From positions 12,896,001 through 12,960,000 of the forward strand of contig CM060733.1 of the NCBI GenBank assembly GCA_030704615.1: a stretch of DNA of 64,000 bases, written 5' to 3'. The notes under the pieces were generated by a model. The model made no database searches. It was not told where the DNA came from and worked only from the letters and a program-made list of their open reading frames with translations. Of the stretch, positions 36,497 through 47,639 are shown piece by piece (the first letter of the stretch is position 1; each line of letters begins with the position of its first letter). The stretch is from Takakia lepidozioides (taxonomy: Eukaryota > Plantae > Bryophyta). The position numbers were made by a program, and so were the translations under genes.

Positions 36497-38640
36497 ATGC
36501 AACACTCTTGCAAGCCCAATGCTCATGCCTCCAAACAGGTCTAGCAAACAAATCCCTGAGTCAGGTGGTTGCCAGGTAATCAGCACTGTGTTTAAAAGAG
36601 CTAACTCAGGAGGTCCAGGTGATGTCACTGAACTCCCCTCACTCACCAATGGAAAGGCCTCATGCCATGCTTGGTGCACACACTCGCTTGCTACTATAAA
36701 CAAATTCCCAACCGTACCCCACAGTGGATATGCACAGGCACATGAGGAAGTAAATCAGCCTTGTATGCCAATTGCTTGTCCTCATCAGGTGATGGCCTAT
36801 CATCTGCATGACTATTGCCCTCCAAGAGCTTAGTACCCCAAGCCAATACCCCTGAAAATGCAGCCAATGTGGGCATCATGTTCCTATGATCCACTGCTAT
36901 ATTCCCAATAAACCGCACTGGGAGCAGTGCACGTCGACCATCTCCTGACTGTCATTCCGACCTGTAGGATGTCGTTTCATCCCAAAAGTCCAAAGTAAAG
37001 CCCATGGGGTATAACACAGCCCCACCAACAAGCACATCATAGGACATTGCGTCCGTAACAATGGCTTTAGCTCTCATGACTGAGCCGTCCGTAGGATGAT
37101 CCGGCTGCAATCGAATGAAGAGCTCATGGCTTGTAATCCCTCGTGCCTTCTCTGAACCACCCAAAGATGTTTGAATTTGGAAATGACAAGGCTCCAAATC
37201 CGCCTCTGTAAGGCCCAAGCCTGCAATTGCTGCTCTCCCCAACATCAATGGCCGTGCTCCCGAGTCCAACAAGACCCGTAGTGGCCTATACCTCCTCCCG
37301 GCTGGGCCACCCAACTGAAACACACCATCCTGATTGTCCACTAGAACTACCCCAGGAGTCACCATACTATGCTCAATGGCTGGTCTAGCTGGCAACTCCT
37401 GCAACCTTGCAGCTGCCGCTTGCCATGGTGCAGCTATGGCTGTCTTCACCCTTGAGTCCAGGGCACCCATGCACTGCACATTATCCGCTATCCCCGCAGA
37501 TAGTGCTGAAGAATCACTACTCTCACAGAGTCTAGCTGCTAATCTAAACACAGCAGCTAGCCGAATCCCTGACATTGCAATTGTCATTGCAGAAAACAAT
37601 GGAGCTTGGCAAACCGCCGTAGCCGCCCCCAACAATGTACTGGCTGCACCTTGCTTTGCAGCACCACCCAACGACATATCTCGAGCCACACCAACTCTCC
37701 CCAATGACATCAAATCCCACCATGACCACTCGCTCCTCCACCATATTGAGCTCTATCCGCTCTGCCAGCAAAAACACGTTTGCTAAGGTGGGTTGGTCCA
37801 CTTGTAGGAGAGTTGCATCCCGCACCCTTATCCTCAGCTCCTTGTCCAATATCCCATACTAGAATTGGACTACTTGAGCTTCCGTAACCCCTTGGGTTAC
37901 ATTTATCAATCGCCTCATGTGTGTGTAAGCCTCTCTCAAACTCTCAGTAGGCTTGCGCTGGAACTCTTGCGAGCTCCGCAATTTTTCCGTCCTTATTCCC
38001 TGGTAGTTTCTCCTTAACTACTCGAAGAACTCCACAACTAGGTTAAAGGCAGGCACGGGTGCTGGTGCTGCAGCAGGAGCTTGGGTGGATTTCCCAGCTC
38101 CATCTTTACTGTCCCACTACTAGTGCTTGCAGTTGGGGATGCTGGTGTAGCTGCTGGTGTCGCCGCTGCCCTTGTGCCTCTAGTGATGGAGATATAGTCA
38201 GGTGACCAATATTGTCGTCACTCCTCAATCTCCACCTCATTTCCCCGCCTAAACTCATGTTAGTCATCCATAGGCGGCCCCTCAAGGTGCTGAAACAGCC
38301 CCTTCCACGCCATAAAAGGTGTAAACAGTTGAGGATTGCGCATCTGCTGCAAATCACACCAACTATCAAACTCCTGTATAAAATCATCAAGCTCGATGGT
38401 GCCCACAGCTCCAGAGTACCGACGTGGCCCCTTAGTAGCTCCATACATTTCCTCCATCGTATCCCACAACAATGGCACGGAAATGGCTTGCACCCTCGGC
38501 AAGAATCCTCCTAACTCTGAGTCTAAACCTTCCTCAGAAGACACTGAAGGTGAAGGTAGCCTAAATCGCACACCTCGTCTTGTATACCCACTAGTATCGC
38601 TGGTGCTCGTATCGGCACTCTCCTCAGCAACTGGTGGCAC
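36493..38640 (-). mobile_element. Ty3/gypsy LTR retrotransposon relic: gag, aspartic protease, truncated C5-DNA-methyltransferase domain
   Basis: Gag: LDDFIQEFDSWCD...; FQRKPTESLREAYTHMRRLI...LDKELRIRVRD. Protease: VLLDSGARPLMLG...SYDVLVGGAVLYPMGFTLDFW. Then WQPPDSGICLLDLFGGMSIGLARVL (36580-36493), a SAM-binding motif I. Frameshifted and stop-containing. Confidence 0.85.
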
Positions 38641-39399
38641 CTCCGTGATGAAAACTCACACTCAAACCGGCTATCAGCTTGTTTCTAATCCCCCTTTCCA
38701 CAAGATAACCGGGTAGAGAACATGTTGCGGCTTATGGTTTGGAATACTAGGTTCCTATTCTGAACTTGTACCTGTACCTGCATCCACCGCATGCACTCCT
38801 ATGGTCTGCTGGTCATCAACCCAGCCTCACCATAAGAGAAACAATGATGGTCTGCTGGTCATCACCCCAGCCTCACCACCGACAACACGCTCTAGGATTG
38901 GCCGGCCACAATATTTCCGGCACAACCACCTATAAAAGCAAGCGCCCAAACCAAACTAGCATGACGCACAGTCAAGCATGCATGTGTGGGAGGAGGATCC
39001 AAACACAAGAAACTCAAACAACAACACCTCCCACAACTTAAATCAATCGATCTCATTGCGGCTTCCATAAACCTGCAAGATGGCCAAGTCTCTATCCAAA
39101 CTAGCTCTGCCTCCGCTTACGGAAAAGCTTTGGCCTACAAGAATGATGGAAGATTATAGAGAAGGGAAGCTAAAGCAATTTCTAAGCCCATAATGCTCTC
39201 ATCCCATTAGTCCCCCTATCTTCATACTCACTCTTGCTCGAGCAATAGATAAGACTATCCTCAAAGAACCTCTTAAATAACTCTCAAGAGCCCTCAAATT
39301 ATTGCCATGAACTTTTCAATCTGCCCTCAATCAGCCCCTAACATAGACCCACCGAGGTTCAAGAAGTTCGCAAACTTGGACTTCAAACAGTCCACCAAA

Positions 39400-40040
39400 A
39401 AGCCCTAGGCGCCCGCCAATTAGTGGCCTCCAAGGTCTCCAACCAGCCCTCACAACGGCTCCATGAGCCTGCCCAATATGGCCTCCAAGGACCTCCAACA
39501 GTCCTCCAAACAGCCCTTAAGAAGCTCCTCAAATCTGCCAAGTATTGGCCTCCAAGGACCTCTAACAGTCCTCCAACAGCCCTTAAGAAACTCCTCAAAT
39601 CTGCCAAGTATTGGCCTCCAAGGACCTCCAACAGTCCTCCAATAGCCCTTAAGAAGCTCCTCAAATTTGCCAAGTATTGGCTTCCAAGGACATCCAATAG
39701 TCCCCCAAAGAGCTCTTAGAAAGTTCCATAAGTCTGCCCAATATAGGCCTCCAAGGATCTCCAATCGTCCTTCAACCAGCCCTCACAAGGCTCCACAGGC
39801 CTGCAAAACATTCGCCTCAAAGGACCTCAAATAGTCCTTCAAACAACCCCAAGCAGGCTCCACAAGCCTACAAGATATTGGCTTCAATAGACTCCAAATA
39901 GTCCTCAAAGCAGGCCCCAATACCTTGATATTGGCCTCAATAGACCCGAAATAGTCCTAAAACAGGCCCCAATATCTGCTAGATATTGGCCTCAATAGAC
40001 CCCAAATACTCCTCAAACAAGCCCCCATAAGGCTCCAAAA
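39400..40040. repeat. 66-bp tandem repeat array, degenerating rightwards
   Basis: GCCTCCAAGGACCTC... at 39481, 39548 and 39614. ORFs on both strands show 22-aa repeats. Confidence 0.85.
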
Positions 40041-40049
40041 ATATCCACA

Positions 40050-40580
40050 GTCAGTCGATTTTTCATCCGTTACTGACCAAATTTCATCCAAAACTGCGAT
40101 TTCTCATCCACAGGTCCGATATTTCATCCACCACGATAGTTCATCCATCGGTGCGATATTTCATCCACTGGCGTGATATTTCATCCGCTGACACACATCC
40201 ATCGTCGCAATTTTTCATCCGATGGCACAATAGTTCATCCGCTGGCGCAGTTTCATCCGTCGCCGCGATTTTTTATCTGATTGCGCGATAGTTCATCCGC
40301 TGATGAGATTTCATCTGCTGACGCAGTTTCATCCGTTGCCGCAATTTGTCATCCGATAGCGTGATAGTTCATCCGCTGGCGCAGTTTCATCCACTGCAAC
40401 CGATTCTCATCCAGAAGCGCCAATTGTCATCCACTGGCTCAATAGTTCATCCGATTGGACAATGGTGGTGCTCCCAACTCTGGTGCAATGTTCCCATGCG
40501 TTCCCACGAGTTCCCAAGGAGTTCCCAAGCGTTCTCACGCGTTCCTTCGAGTTCCCAAGGAGTTCACACGCGTTCCCAAG
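40050..40580. repeat. Short-period minisatellites (TTTCATCC ~20-bp units, then GTTCCCA units)
   Basis: Many T(T/C)TCATCC cores in 40050-40455 and repeated GTTCCCA in 40490-40580. Confidence 0.8.
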
Positions 40581-40689
40581 CTAGGGTTTCGCCGCTTTGC
40601 CTCTACGATTGTTGCAACGAGCTATGGCTTGTATGGAGCAACCAGAGGTGCTGTTCTTGGTTTCTTAAGCATCAATAAACCACCAAGAG

Positions 40690-42070
40690 TGCTTCTAACT
40701 CCCTGAGCAAGCTATTTGCCACACAACAAGCTATCTTTCTCTATAGAACTTATTGAAACAAGCATAGAACAAGCTATTGAGCTTTCTATGGCATATCCTC
40801 TTCTAGCCATCGCATGCACTCATAGTGCTTCCTTCCATGGCCATAGTGCGCCTCTTAGAGCTCCTAATCCAACCCTGCGCTTGTCACTTCCATAGACATG
40901 CTCTTCCCAAGCTTGGGATTGAAACCCCAACTCAAAGCATGCTCTACAAATATACTATTCTGCCCCAAATAGAAATCAGATGTCTACCTCCACTCATAGC
41001 TCTCCTAAGCTTGAAGTTGAAGACTCCCACAAGCTGAAACCATGCTTCCCATATGCACCGCTTGCTTCCTTAACACCTGAGCTCTTCTTGAACTCCTCAA
41101 ACCCTGCAACACTTGCAGAACAAGAGCTTTTTCACAAGCTCTCAAACTTTTCAATGGGGCTTTCCTTGAAGACCTCTTCTTGTACATAAACACCACAAGG
41201 CTTTCTTCTTGCAAACCTTGCAACACCTTGTAACTTAAGAGCTATCTATCAAGCTCTCTTTTACACACAAGTGCTAACTATGCTAACACCTTGCACTCAT
41301 AGATGTAAGCAGGTCTTCTTCTAGTGATACAGAAATGGTGAAAAGAGGAGAAACCACTCTATCACGTTATATAAGTCAAGCCAATGGCACCTTTGTTAAA
41401 TGACTCCACCATACAGACCTCACCCACTCTCCATCTCAAGTACTAGAGCTATGGCGGTGAGAGAGGCCTCGGGAGGCTCGATTAGAAGAAGACGAGCCTG
41501 CCTACGTCTCACGTGGAGATAACCTCTCCACGTCCCAAGTGAGGTTCGCCACCTCACTTGGCACATGGAACCAAACGAAGTTCCAATGCCAACAAAATAT
41601 AAATATAAATGTATAATATCCTAATTAATTAGAAATAACTATTTCTAACTAATCACAAACAAAACCATGACACGTTTTTCATGATCTGAAAACACAAATG
41701 CTACAACTAACTCGAACCTGACACTCACAGACTCGAGCTGATATTTCTCGAGTGATAAGGAAAGGAATGATACAAAGCACACAAGCTCTCTCAAACTCAC
41801 ACACTTGCACATGAAAACATCACTCATATATTAAGTCGAATCAAGTGCATCCCACGCCATGGGGCATCCACACTATGGCGCCATAGCTAGACACGGTGAG
41901 GCTCAACTCGAGAAAGATGAGCCCACCACGATCTGCCGTGAAGATAACAACGTCAGGTGCCCAAACATGTATCGGCCCCTGGATTCACACTTGGGTCAAT
42001 CCCAAATGTCAATATATAAAAGCTAGCTATTTCCTAGTTAAATTCACACTAGTGTTAAAATAACTTGACA
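40690..42070 (-). mobile_element. LTR-like sequences (two adjacent pieces ending in ...TGACA at 41672 and 42070)
   Basis: Homologous to 32190-33433. The piece 41870-42060 is the reverse complement of ~50990-51120. Confidence 0.6.
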
Positions 42071-43655
42071 TGTTGGAAAGCCCTCGATGAGGAGGGGTGC
42101 ACCGGCTTGGTCTCATGATTTTTGGACATGCGGTGTGGGAGATGTGGCATTTCAAGTATTTTTGGTCGCTGGAAATTCGGGAAAAATTGCAAAGTGGGCT
42201 TTCTTGGGAGCCTCGATGGAAGATATATCAATAATGAATGGATATATTACTACTCAATAAATTAATGGAAAAAATTAATTAGGCCTTGACATGAGAGACT
42301 TACTTGGATTTAGAGGAGAGTGCACTTGGGCTTAGATGGGCATCAACATAGGAGATGCATTGGGATACGTAGGAAATTGCACTTGGTCATTTAGATTTCA
42401 ACTCTTCATTCATGGGCCAAAGGCACATGCTACCCTAGAGGTCGCACTTGGGCCTCAACATAAAAGAGGCACTAGGGCACATAAAAGATCTTACACTTGG
42501 ACACTTGGGCCAACGGCACAGGCTACCCTAATATCAATAATGAATTGGATATTACTACTCAATAAATTCATGAAAAATAAATGGGGCCTTGACATGGGAG
42601 ACGTACTTGGATAAATAGGAGATTGCACACTGGGCTTAGATGGGCCTCAACATAGGAGACGCACATAAGAGACGCCCTTCGATACATAGGGTATCGCACT
42701 TGGGCTTAGATGACAGTGGACACTTGGGCCTCTACATGGGAGATGCACTTGGATACATAGAAGATTGCACTTGGGCTTAGATAGGCAACGACATAGGAGA
42801 CGGACACGGATACGTAGGAAATTGCACTTAGTCTTAGATTCAATTTTTCACACATGGGCCAATGGCAGAGGCTACCTTAGAGGTCGCACGTGGGCCTGGA
42901 TATGGGAGACGTACTTGGATACATAAGAGATTGCACTTGGGCCAACGGCACAGGCTACCCTAGAGGTCGCATTTGGGCGTCGACATAGGAGACGCACTTG
43001 GATACATGAAGGATTGCACTTGGACTTAGATGACATTGGACACTTGGGCCTCTACATGGGAGATGCACTTGGATACATGAATAGAAGATTGCACTGGGGC
43101 TTAGATGAGCCTCGACATAGGAGACGCACTTGGATACATAGAAAATTACACTTGGTCTTAGATTTCAATTATTTACACATGGGCCTCAACATAGGAGAAA
43201 AATAATGATCACACTTAGATGACTTAGATGACATTGGACACTTGGGCCAACATCACAGGCTACCCTAGGCAATATATGAATCGAGACGTTTGTAAGTTGT
43301 TTTGTTTTGTTTTGTAGCGTTGAGATGTCCCAAACTGCGGGGCCTGCGCTGGTGCTTGGTACCGTTGGAAAACCTTCGACGAGGAGGGGTGCACCGGCTT
43401 GGTCTCATGATTTTTGGACATGTGGTGTGGGAGATATGGAATTCCAAGTACTTTTGGTCGCTGGAAATACACAAAAAATAGCAAAAATGGCAAAGTGGGC
43501 ATTCATAGGACAATGGTTGGAGCCTCGACGGAGAGATATCAAGGGAAAGGTCTCCGGTTCAAATCTGGTCGTAGGCTCCCTGGAAAAAAAAAAATGATTA
43601 GATATGGGATTGCACTTGGACTTAGATGACACTGGACACTTGGGCCTGTACATGG
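42071..43655 (+). repeat. GCACTTGG complex minisatellite / interspersed repeat (copy 2)
   Basis: Dozens of (G)CACTTGG cores with shuffled 13-27 bp linkers. Flanking blocks are homologous to 19510-20180. Confidence 0.9.
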
Positions 43656-45161
43656 TAGATAAAAATCAGCCATGATGATGACCGAATAATTCTGGCGGCT
43701 GTATGCGAAGGAGGATTTGAGGTATTGAAGTAAGGCAAAATGAAGCGCAAAGTATAGAGTAATGGCACCGATATTTTCATTAGGTTACGAATTAATTCAA
43801 GACAGGTGTAGATGGGAAATTTCATCCATGTTTACAGATAAACATAGTGATTCATTCATAGAGCTCCAGTAGGAGGTATGTTTCTCAACACGTTGAGCAA
43901 CGTCAGTATGGCATCTTGCCTTCATCTTCTCATCAAAAGAGACCTTTTCAAAGGGGACGGATACTGTTTGTTGGTGAAGGGCTAGTGATGAATTGAGAAT
44001 CCCAAGAGTTCTTGACCCATTGATCCCATCTGCATGCTGCTTTCCCCCAAAAACTGAATTCCCTTAGTTTGGTATAATTTTGTTGATACTCATTAAATAC
44101 CCACATGATGGAACCAGAGCCCATAAGATTTTGGGTCCAAATTTCAGATGTTGGACGGTTACTCGAAGCAAGAAATTGAGAAAAGAGGTTTGCTTCTTTA
44201 AAGAAGTGGATATTTAGGAGAGCCTTCTGCTTGTTTGAGATCCGCAGCTCAAGCAGTTATTGAGAACACTGGGAGTCACAGCAGCAATTGGCACCTGCTT
44301 CCCAGGACATTAGTATTGCTGAGCATTGCGTGAAAATACGCACAATTGTTCAGTACACAATTGTCTCATACATGCTCCAACATCTGGTCATGAACTGTAG
44401 GCATTTGTGTTCTGAAATGGATGTAGGAGGTGAACTCTAGCAACTGACCTTGAACTCCAACATGCACAAGCCGATGTTATAGGGGGATGGAGTCATGCAA
44501 ATCCAATTCATGCCCCATCAATCCATAACAGAATACCCAAATACCATCTCACCTGAGTCTCAAAGACACGGTCGGGCACAGCCAAGGATATTTTTCGCTA
44601 CGTCCAGTATGCCCCTTTCCCTGGTGCTCTAAGGGAGTTCTATATGAACTGAACTTTCAAGTGGCCACTACGGGATTTGATCTTGGTGGCTTAAGGCTAG
44701 CTTTTGACAACATTCATGCAAGCAGTCAAGGGCTCTATCGAAGCACCACCACAAGAGACATACGGACATGTCCAAATTCAAATGCTGAAAATACTTGTGC
44801 ACAGCGCTCCCCACTGATCAAGCTCATTACGAATCGTTCTCACATCCATCTCCAAGCTTTGGAGAAGCTCAGCTCTGCCACCCACACCAGAATTAGGACA
44901 GCATTCTGATTTCTTTCCACTATCACCAGAGTCAGTCAAAATCCTCCCTTCACTCCTTATCTGCTCCAGTCAAGTGCAATTATGGACTGCCTTCCCATCT
45001 ATGATGGGTCGACCCCACTATCATGTCCTGTGGATGTGCCACAGGAGATACCCTCAACAGTACATCATGGTCAATATTCTCAGGAAATGGTGATGAACTG
45101 AAAGCTACACAGAACAATTAATGAAGCAAGACGCTCGCACCTATGCAGAAAAAACATCGTT

Positions 45162-47639
45162 TCACCAGTAATCCCCACAAGAACAAACCCCATCTTCAAA
45201 GTGGTGAAAGCAGTTCGTGTCCCGTACAACAATTGCTCGGCCAACAATCTTTGAGATGAACTTGGTGGAGGTGTGGCAGTCCCCACACACCCGAAGATTC
45301 TTGATGAGACGGAGAGTGGTCCTAGGGGCCGTGTTGATCAGCCCAAAACCAATGGCCAGCTTCTCACTGTGGTGGCAAAGAGAAAAATCCTTTTGCTCCT
45401 CCCCCACATCATGCAATACAAAGCGTGTGTCCGGCACATACCCTGCCTCCTTCATCTTGCCAGACAATATTCTCAGCTCAGCATGGATTTCCTTAATTTT
45501 TGGATGCTTTTTGTCATCTACAACAAAGCTGTGTACTCTGTTGCCAACCTCAATGCAGCAGCGACCTGGCTCCTTTCTAACCCCTCTGATATTCATCATT
45601 TTTCTCACCTTTGCACTATCGTACCACCTGCCAGCTGCGGCATAGATGTTTGATAGCAACACGTAAGTCGCAGCATCCTGTTCATCCCACTTGAGAATAG
45701 ATGTTGCCGCACGTTCAGCCATATCCACATTGCCATGGATTCTGCAGGCACCAAGCAAGGCCTTCCATACCACAGCATCAGGTTTGATTGGCATTTTATT
45801 AATGAGGTCCTCTGCCTCATCCAATCGCCCTGCACGTCCAAGAAGGTCCACCATGCAGCCAAAGTGCTTTACTGTCGGAGTGACACCATGATCTTGACTA
45901 AGCGAATCGAAGTAGCGTCTTCCTTCATACAGTAGGCCAAGATGGCTGCATGCAGAGAGAACACATGTAAATGTGATACTGTCCGGCTTAACCCCTTCTT
46001 GCACCATTTGCTCATAGGTCTCCAAAGCCTCCATCCCTCGCCCCTGCTGTGCATATCCTGCGATCATCGTGCTCCATGACACCACATTTCGTTCGGCCAT
46101 ATTGTCGAACACTCCCTTTGCATCCTTGATGCTCCCACATTTGGCGTACATGTCCAGGAGGGTACTGTTCAGAATGACATTTGGTACAATTCCAGCTTTG
46201 ACGATGTCACCATGAACCTCTTTGCCCTTTTCCAGGGCTGCCAGGCTTGCACATGCATTGCAAACACAAACAAACGTGATGTGGTTGGGCTTCACCCCTT
46301 CCCGCATCATTTCCTCATAGGTCTCCAAAGCCTCCACCCCTCGCCCCTGCTGTGCATATCCTGCAATCAATGCATTCCAAGACACCACATCTCGTTCAGC
46401 CATATTGTCGAACACTCCCTTTGCATCCTTGATGCATCCACATTTGGCATACATGTCCATTAGGGTACTGTTCAGAATGACATTTGGTACAATTCCAGCT
46501 TTAACAATGTCACCATGCACCTCTTTGCCCTTTTCCAGGGCTGCCAGGCTTGCACACGCATTGCAGACGCAAACAAATGTGATGTGGTCAGGCTTCACCC
46601 CTTCCCGCACCATTTGCTCATAGGTCTCCAAAGCCTCCATCCCTCGCCCTTGCTGTGCATATCCAGCAATCATCGTGTTCCATGACACCACATCTCGTTC
46701 AGCCATTTTGTCGAACACTCTCTTTGCATCCTCGATGCATCCACATTTGGCATACATGTCCACAAGGGTATTGTTCAGAATGACATTTAGTACAATTCCA
46801 GCTCTGATGATGTCACCATGGACCTCTTTGCCCTTTTCCAGGGCTGCCAGGCTCGCACACGCATTGCAAACGCAAACAAACGTGATGGGGTTGGGCTTCA
46901 CCCCTTCCTGCACCATTTGCTCATAGGTCTCCAAAGCCTCCATCCCACACCCACACTGCGCATATGCTGCAATCATAGCACTCCAGGACACCACATCTCG
47001 TTTGGCCATATGGTCAAACACTCCCTTTGCATGCTCGATGCTCCCACACTTGGCATACATGTCCACGAGGCTATTATTCAGAATGATATTTGGTACAATT
47101 CCAGCTTTGACAATGTCACCATGGACCTCTTTGCCCTTTTCCAAGGCTGCCAGACTCGCACATGCATTGGAAACACAAACAAACGTGATGTGGTTGGGTT
47201 TCACCCCTTCCCGCATCATTTGCTCATATGTCTCCAAAGCATTCCTATCACACCCATACTTGGTAAATCCAGCCATCATTATATTCCACGTTATCAAACC
47301 TCGTTGAGGCATTCTGTTGAACACATGGTGAGCATCCGCAATGCTCCCGCACTTAACATACATGTTGACAAGGGTGTTGTGTAGAAAAATGTTCGGTTTG
47401 AATCCACGTTGGATAATGTGAGCATGCACCTGCTTACCAGCTTCCAGGGCTTTCATCTTGATGCACTTATGCAAGAGACAGACATAAGTATCTGAATCTG
47501 CTGAAATGCCTCCTTGGTTTAAGACCTGTAGACCCTCTGTCAGTCGCCCTGCCTCACATAGCATCCTCACATGCCCAGAAGTGCCAGAAGAGGCATTGTG
47601 GACTCCCTCTCTTGGTCCTCTTTCGCAAGCTGTGGTCAT
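45162..47639 (-). CDS. PLS-class pentatricopeptide repeat protein with E1-E2-DYW deaminase domain (organellar C-to-U RNA editing factor); N-terminus uncertain
   Basis: Uninterrupted frame open to ~47804. 17 PLS motifs including P2-L2-S2, then E1 (AVVWKALLGACRIHG), E2, PG box, HSEKLA, LRVCGDCH and terminal CSCGDYW. First in-frame ATG is at 47639; the ORF track starts at GTG 47789. Confidence 0.95.
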   Translation of the reverse strand: MTTACERGPREGVHNASSGTSGHVRMLCEAGRLTEGLQVLNQGGISADSDTYVCLLHKCIKMKALEAGKQVHAHIIQRGFKPNIFLHNTLVNMYVKCGSIADAHHVFNRMPQRGLITWNIMMAGFTKYGCDRNALETYEQMMREGVKPNHITFVCVSNACASLAALEKGKEVHGDIVKAGIVPNIILNNSLVDMYAKCGSIEHAKGVFDHMAKRDVVSWSAMIAAYAQCGCGMEALETYEQMVQEGVKPNPITFVCVCNACASLAALEKGKEVHGDIIRAGIVLNVILNNTLVDMYAKCGCIEDAKRVFDKMAERDVVSWNTMIAGYAQQGRGMEALETYEQMVREGVKPDHITFVCVCNACASLAALEKGKEVHGDIVKAGIVPNVILNSTLMDMYAKCGCIKDAKGVFDNMAERDVVSWNALIAGYAQQGRGVEALETYEEMMREGVKPNHITFVCVCNACASLAALEKGKEVHGDIVKAGIVPNVILNSTLLDMYAKCGSIKDAKGVFDNMAERNVVSWSTMIAGYAQQGRGMEALETYEQMVQEGVKPDSITFTCVLSACSHLGLLYEGRRYFDSLSQDHGVTPTVKHFGCMVDLLGRAGRLDEAEDLINKMPIKPDAVVWKALLGACRIHGNVDMAERAATSILKWDEQDAATYVLLSNIYAAAGRWYDSAKVRKMMNIRGVRKEPGRCCIEVGNRVHSFVVDDKKHPKIKEIHAELRILSGKMKEAGYVPDTRFVLHDVGEEQKDFSLCHHSEKLAIGFGLINTAPRTTLRLIKNLRVCGDCHTSTKFISKIVGRAIVVRDTNCFHHFEDGVCSCGDYW

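Noticed and set aside
39383-39764. Repeat proteins in ORFs 39383-39764
   Set aside because: By-product of a 66-bp tandem array. Neighbouring units change length and break frame.
42300-43260. CRISPR array
   Set aside because: The core is only ~8 bp, linkers recur instead of being unique, there are no cas genes, and the context is plant nuclear DNA.
43497-43594. Genuine tRNA gene (also the SINE-like heads at 50.3, 53.9, 61.1 and 63.8 kb)
   Set aside because: A/B-box-like motifs only. No complete cloverleaf with acceptor stem and anticodon arm could be drawn.
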